A stretch of 64,000 nucleotides of DNA from Macrostomum hystrix (lineage: Eukaryota; Animalia; Platyhelminthes), in assembly GCA_950097015.1 (NCBI GenBank), contig CATNEN010000001.1, forward strand, positions 22,754,001-22,818,000, read 5' to 3'. A program made the position numbers and the translations under genes. This document shows, piece after piece, positions 61,401 to 64,000 of the stretch. Under the pieces are notes generated by a model. That model saw only the letters and a program-made list of their open reading frames with translations. It was not told the origin of the DNA and did no database searches. Numbering within the stretch: the stretch's first letter is position 1; every line of letters starts with the position of its first letter.

Positions 61401-64000
61401 TTCCATTTTCTCCCTCTCCATGGCAATGCCATTTGTCGCCATCTATACTTGAGTAGGACTCAAGCCCAGAATGGGGATAATGAGATTTGGTTTTTGTACC
61501 GTCAACTTAGGCCGCAGGAAAGCAAGTACAGTTCGAGCTGCTACCGAATGCCAACGTTTTGGGGGGCCGAAACAGCACCGCCCGGGGAGCCAGTGCTTTG
61601 CCTTCAACTTTCTGGGATCTGACATTATGGGGATGGGTGTTGGGATCTGGGTATTCGCATTTTGCTGCTTAGATTAAAACCGATCTCCATTGATCTGGCC
61701 AACTATAAATCCGCTAATGTGAAATGCATTAACAAAACAACTGTATTTCCGCATTGAGCCCCTACCTGTCCTAAAATGTGTTGCTAGGGAACAGAATAAA
61801 TCAATAATTAAGATTAACAAATGCGACTTTTAACTCTAAGATTTAGTGCTCGAGTTAATCTTTTGTTGCTAGTGTAGAGAAATATGGTAGTAATAGAGAG
61901 AATATAAATAGGTAGATGTGAAAAGAGGTAGATAGGAAGAGAGGTAGATAGGAAGAGAGGTAGATAGCGATAGAGGTAGATAGGGAGAGAGGTAGATAGT
62001 GAGAGAGGTAGATAGGGAGAGAGGTAGATAGGGAGAGAGGTAGATAGGGAGAGAGGTAGATAGTGAGAGAGGTAGATAGGGAGAGAGGTAGATAGGGAGA
62101 GAGGTAGATAGGGAGAGAGGTAGATAGGGAGAGAGGTAGATAGGGAGCGAGGTAGATAGGGAGAGGTAGATAGGGAGCGAGGTAGATAGGGAGAGGTAGA
62201 TAGGGAGCGAGGTAGATAGGGAGAGGTAGATAGGGAGCGAGGTAGATAGGGAGAGGTAGATAGGGAGCGAGGTAGATAGAGAGAGGTAGATAGGGAGCGA
62301 GGTAGATAGGGAGAGGTAGATAGGTAGAGAGGTAGATAGGTTGAGAAGTAGAGTTAGTGCGATGGATAGAAAAGATGGTAGAGTTAAATTTTGTTATTTT
62401 TTAATGCGCACACTTTTAAGAACGAAAGCAGTGCAGAGATGATATTTCATGCATTATGGCAATGGCCAGTGTCACTGCCCAATTATCCCGTGCATTCTCC
62501 AGGCCATAGACGTGTGGATGTCCACCTGCCTGGTGTTTGTATTCGGCGCCCTGATTGAATACGCCATCGCCAACGTGTTGGCCAGGAGGCACAGCTCCTT
62601 GGAGCGATGGGAGAACCTCAGGAGCATTCTCGACACGGGACAGGAGCAGCAGCAGCAGCAGCAGCAACGGACTTTTCGACCAGGAAACGGCGATACTCAG
62701 AACTCTCTGCTCAGAGCCCAACTGCAGAACTGCGGTCAGGGCAAGGTTGGCTTTCTGTGTTTTTTGTTTTTCCTTTTGGTAGAATTTTCCAAATTTAAAA
62801 AATTTTACCATAGACACAAATCGCTTCCATTGGGCTGAGATTCGAACCCGCGACCTCTCGGCAAGATTCAACAACCCCCAACCGCAGGGGCTACAAACTC
62901 CTATGTGCTCTGTAGCTACTAGTGAATCCCTCTTAGAAGTGCCACTATGGTTCAGCTAACGCTTTCTTGCCTAAGCATGTCGGTTTGTTCCGTCTGTTTA
63001 TAAACATATTCATCACAGTGCATCAAAGTTTCAGTCAGGTGGGCATGCGTCAATCTGTCAAAGACAGCGATTCGGAATCTAATCTAAACACCAAGTTGTC
63101 AAAGGCTGTCACCTTTGTTGTCAGAGCTGACGACTGTGCCGTCCAGGTCAATGGGAGAGAGGGTGTGAGAGAATGGGAGGGTGACAATGGGAGAGAGAAT
63201 GGGAGAGTGAGAATGGGAGAAAAAATGGGAGAGAGAGAATGGGAGAGTGAGAATGGGAGAGTGAGAATGGGAGAAAAAATGGGAGAGAGAGAATGGGAGA
63301 GTGAGAATGGGAGAGTGAGAATGGGAGAAAAAATGGGAGAGAGAGAATGGGAGAGTGAGAATGGGAGAGTGAGAATTTGAGAGTGAGAATGGGAGAGTGA
63401 GAATGGGAGAGAGAATGGGAGAGTGAGAATGGGAGAGAGAATGGGAAAGTGATAATGGGAGGTAGAGCGGATGAGAAATATTCATAGAGAAATGAGACAC
63501 ACCTAATGGGCAATACAATAAGAAGACTTTGTACTGGGATTCAATAACGAGTAATGGGATTCAAGGCTGATGAAAATAATCGTTACAATATTTTCTACTA
63601 ACTAGTAGTATAGCAGAGTTAAATGGTGCGAACAATTTGCCCCGTTAACCTTAACAAAACAACGTCAGCCCGCCAGCCGTCCAGAGCACATACCCCTGGC
63701 CTACATAAACCGTGACGTTGATTCTCTAGCGGCTGTTAATCGACCCGGCTGCGATGGTGAGGACTACGATCGACTTCTTCAGCGTTCTACCCAGATTGCT
63801 GCTGCCGCCGCCGAAGCGTCGACTTCGGCTTCTGCGAATTCCGCAGCGATGGGGCTGCGCCAAAGACAGATAGGGTTATTGCAGCAGCAGCAACAGCAGC
63901 AGCAGCTGGCGCAGCAGACTCGATTTCAAGCTTATCATCATCAGCAGCCGCAGGCATCGTCTCCCTACGGCAGTCAAGACGGCTACTTCGAGGATGAAAA
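49493..64000 (+). CDS. Cys-loop ligand-gated anion channel subunit (glycine/GABA-A receptor-like), 3' end outside the window
   Basis: Exons: 49493-49644 (signal peptide); 50359-50447 (FDNYDKTIPP); 51245-51312 or 51788-51855; 53274-53497 (FLRQYWNDTRL, LWVPDLYFINEK); 54201-54283 (Cys loop CNMDLKKFPMDQQKC); 55466-55609; 56613-56842 (M1, PAR, M2 ISLGLLTVLSMTT); 62503-62745 (M3 AIDVWMSTCLVFVFGALIEYA); probably 63039-63146 and 63669-64000+ (intracellular loop). All phases are compatible. Confidence 0.92.
49833..50190. repeat. 17-bp degenerate minisatellite (AAATTCGTTACATTCTS)
   Basis: Located in channel intron 1. Confidence 0.85.
50790..51232. repeat. 21-bp (GGAAAGACACCCAGATACCAA) then 13-bp (GAACAGACACCCA) minisatellite
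   Basis: Ends ~12 nt before the exon 3a acceptor. Confidence 0.93.
51245..51312 (+). CDS. Channel exon 3a (68 nt; GSVLKVYVSVMIHAISGVNERTM)
   Basis: TTACAG acceptor, ATG|GTGAGT donor, phase 1 to 0. Confidence 0.85.
51788..51855 (+). CDS. Channel exon 3b (68 nt; GKTAIVRVSLMVHAMSSINVIDM)
   Basis: TTTTTGCTGCGCAG acceptor, ATG|GTAAGG donor, phase 1 to 0; paralogous to exon 3a. Confidence 0.85.
51985..52345. repeat. 46-bp minisatellite, ~8 copies
   Basis: GAGAGAGCGTACATTGGGGTGTGTGACTTGTAGGCTACATGGGCTA. Confidence 0.92.
52999..53172. repeat. 21-bp minisatellite, ~8 copies
   Basis: TTTGAGTGTTGCATTGTCTGT. Confidence 0.92.
54695..55300. repeat. CACTCTACCTCTC pyrimidine-rich minisatellite
   Basis: Located in channel intron 5; produces spurious Leu/Ser/Pro ORFs. 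Confidence 0.9.
55702..56585. repeat. 17-bp minisatellite (GCCGATAATCCTATTTC grading to CCGATAATCCAAAATAT)
   Basis: Fills channel intron 6 up to ~27 nt before the acceptor. Confidence 0.95.
56858..57180 (+). mobile_element. tRNA-derived SINE-like element with (TTA)n tail
   Basis: Head GAGTGGCAGGGCGGTTAACGCG with a degenerate B box, similar to the head at 58020; ends in ATTATTATTA. An inverted partial copy follows (57208-57295). Confidence 0.65.
58020..58625 (+). mobile_element. ~600-bp tRNA-headed SINE-like retroposon with a 13-bp TSD
   Basis: TAACTCCTACAAC duplicated at 58007-58019 and 58626-58638; A/B-box-like head (TGGGTCAGCGG...AGTTCGATTC); (AGAT)n tail; GC-rich island in AT-rich DNA. 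Confidence 0.8.
59185..59395. repeat. (GAGTG/GAGTA)n pentanucleotide microsatellite
   Basis: Directly visible. Confidence 0.93.
60170..61105. repeat. 21-bp minisatellite (CACTCACTGTTATCTCTATCC), ~44 copies
   Basis: Directly visible; explains the SGIEITV-repeat ORF. Confidence 0.96.
61910..62345. repeat. ~16-bp purine-rich minisatellite (TAGGGAGAGAGGTAGA)
   Basis: Directly visible. Confidence 0.93.
63150..63460. repeat. GA-rich minisatellite (GAGAATGGGAGAGT)
   Basis: Starts immediately after the putative donor at 63147. Confidence 0.9.

Overview
Eukaryotic (metazoan) genomic DNA, not prokaryotic. Intron-containing GC/CAG-rich genes are separated by AT-rich DNA, and minisatellites are very dense; this style suggests a flatworm such as Macrostomum (inference only). 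I assembled six protein-coding genes by hand, and the splice phases are mutually consistent within each. (1) ANAPC7 (minus strand, runs off the left edge). (2) A neuron-navigator/UNC-53-like AAA+ protein. (3) Beta-arrestin. (4) A stargazin/TARP-like tetraspan ending in -TTPV. (5) A thioredoxin with an atypical WCMPC site, whose single 7.2-kb intron is filled by about 120 copies of a 50-bp unit copied from its own exon/intron junction. (6) A Cys-loop anion channel subunit (GlyR/GABA-A-like, runs off the right edge) with two tandem 68-nt, apparently mutually exclusive exon-3 variants. Also present: one tRNA-His(GUG), a decayed and internally deleted PIF/Harbinger transposon, two MITEs, three tRNA-derived SINE-like elements, a double-palindrome element and more than 20 tandem-repeat arrays, several built from splice-signal-like words. 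There is no CRISPR array or prokaryotic system. Most long ORFs in the ORF track outside these genes are repeat artefacts.
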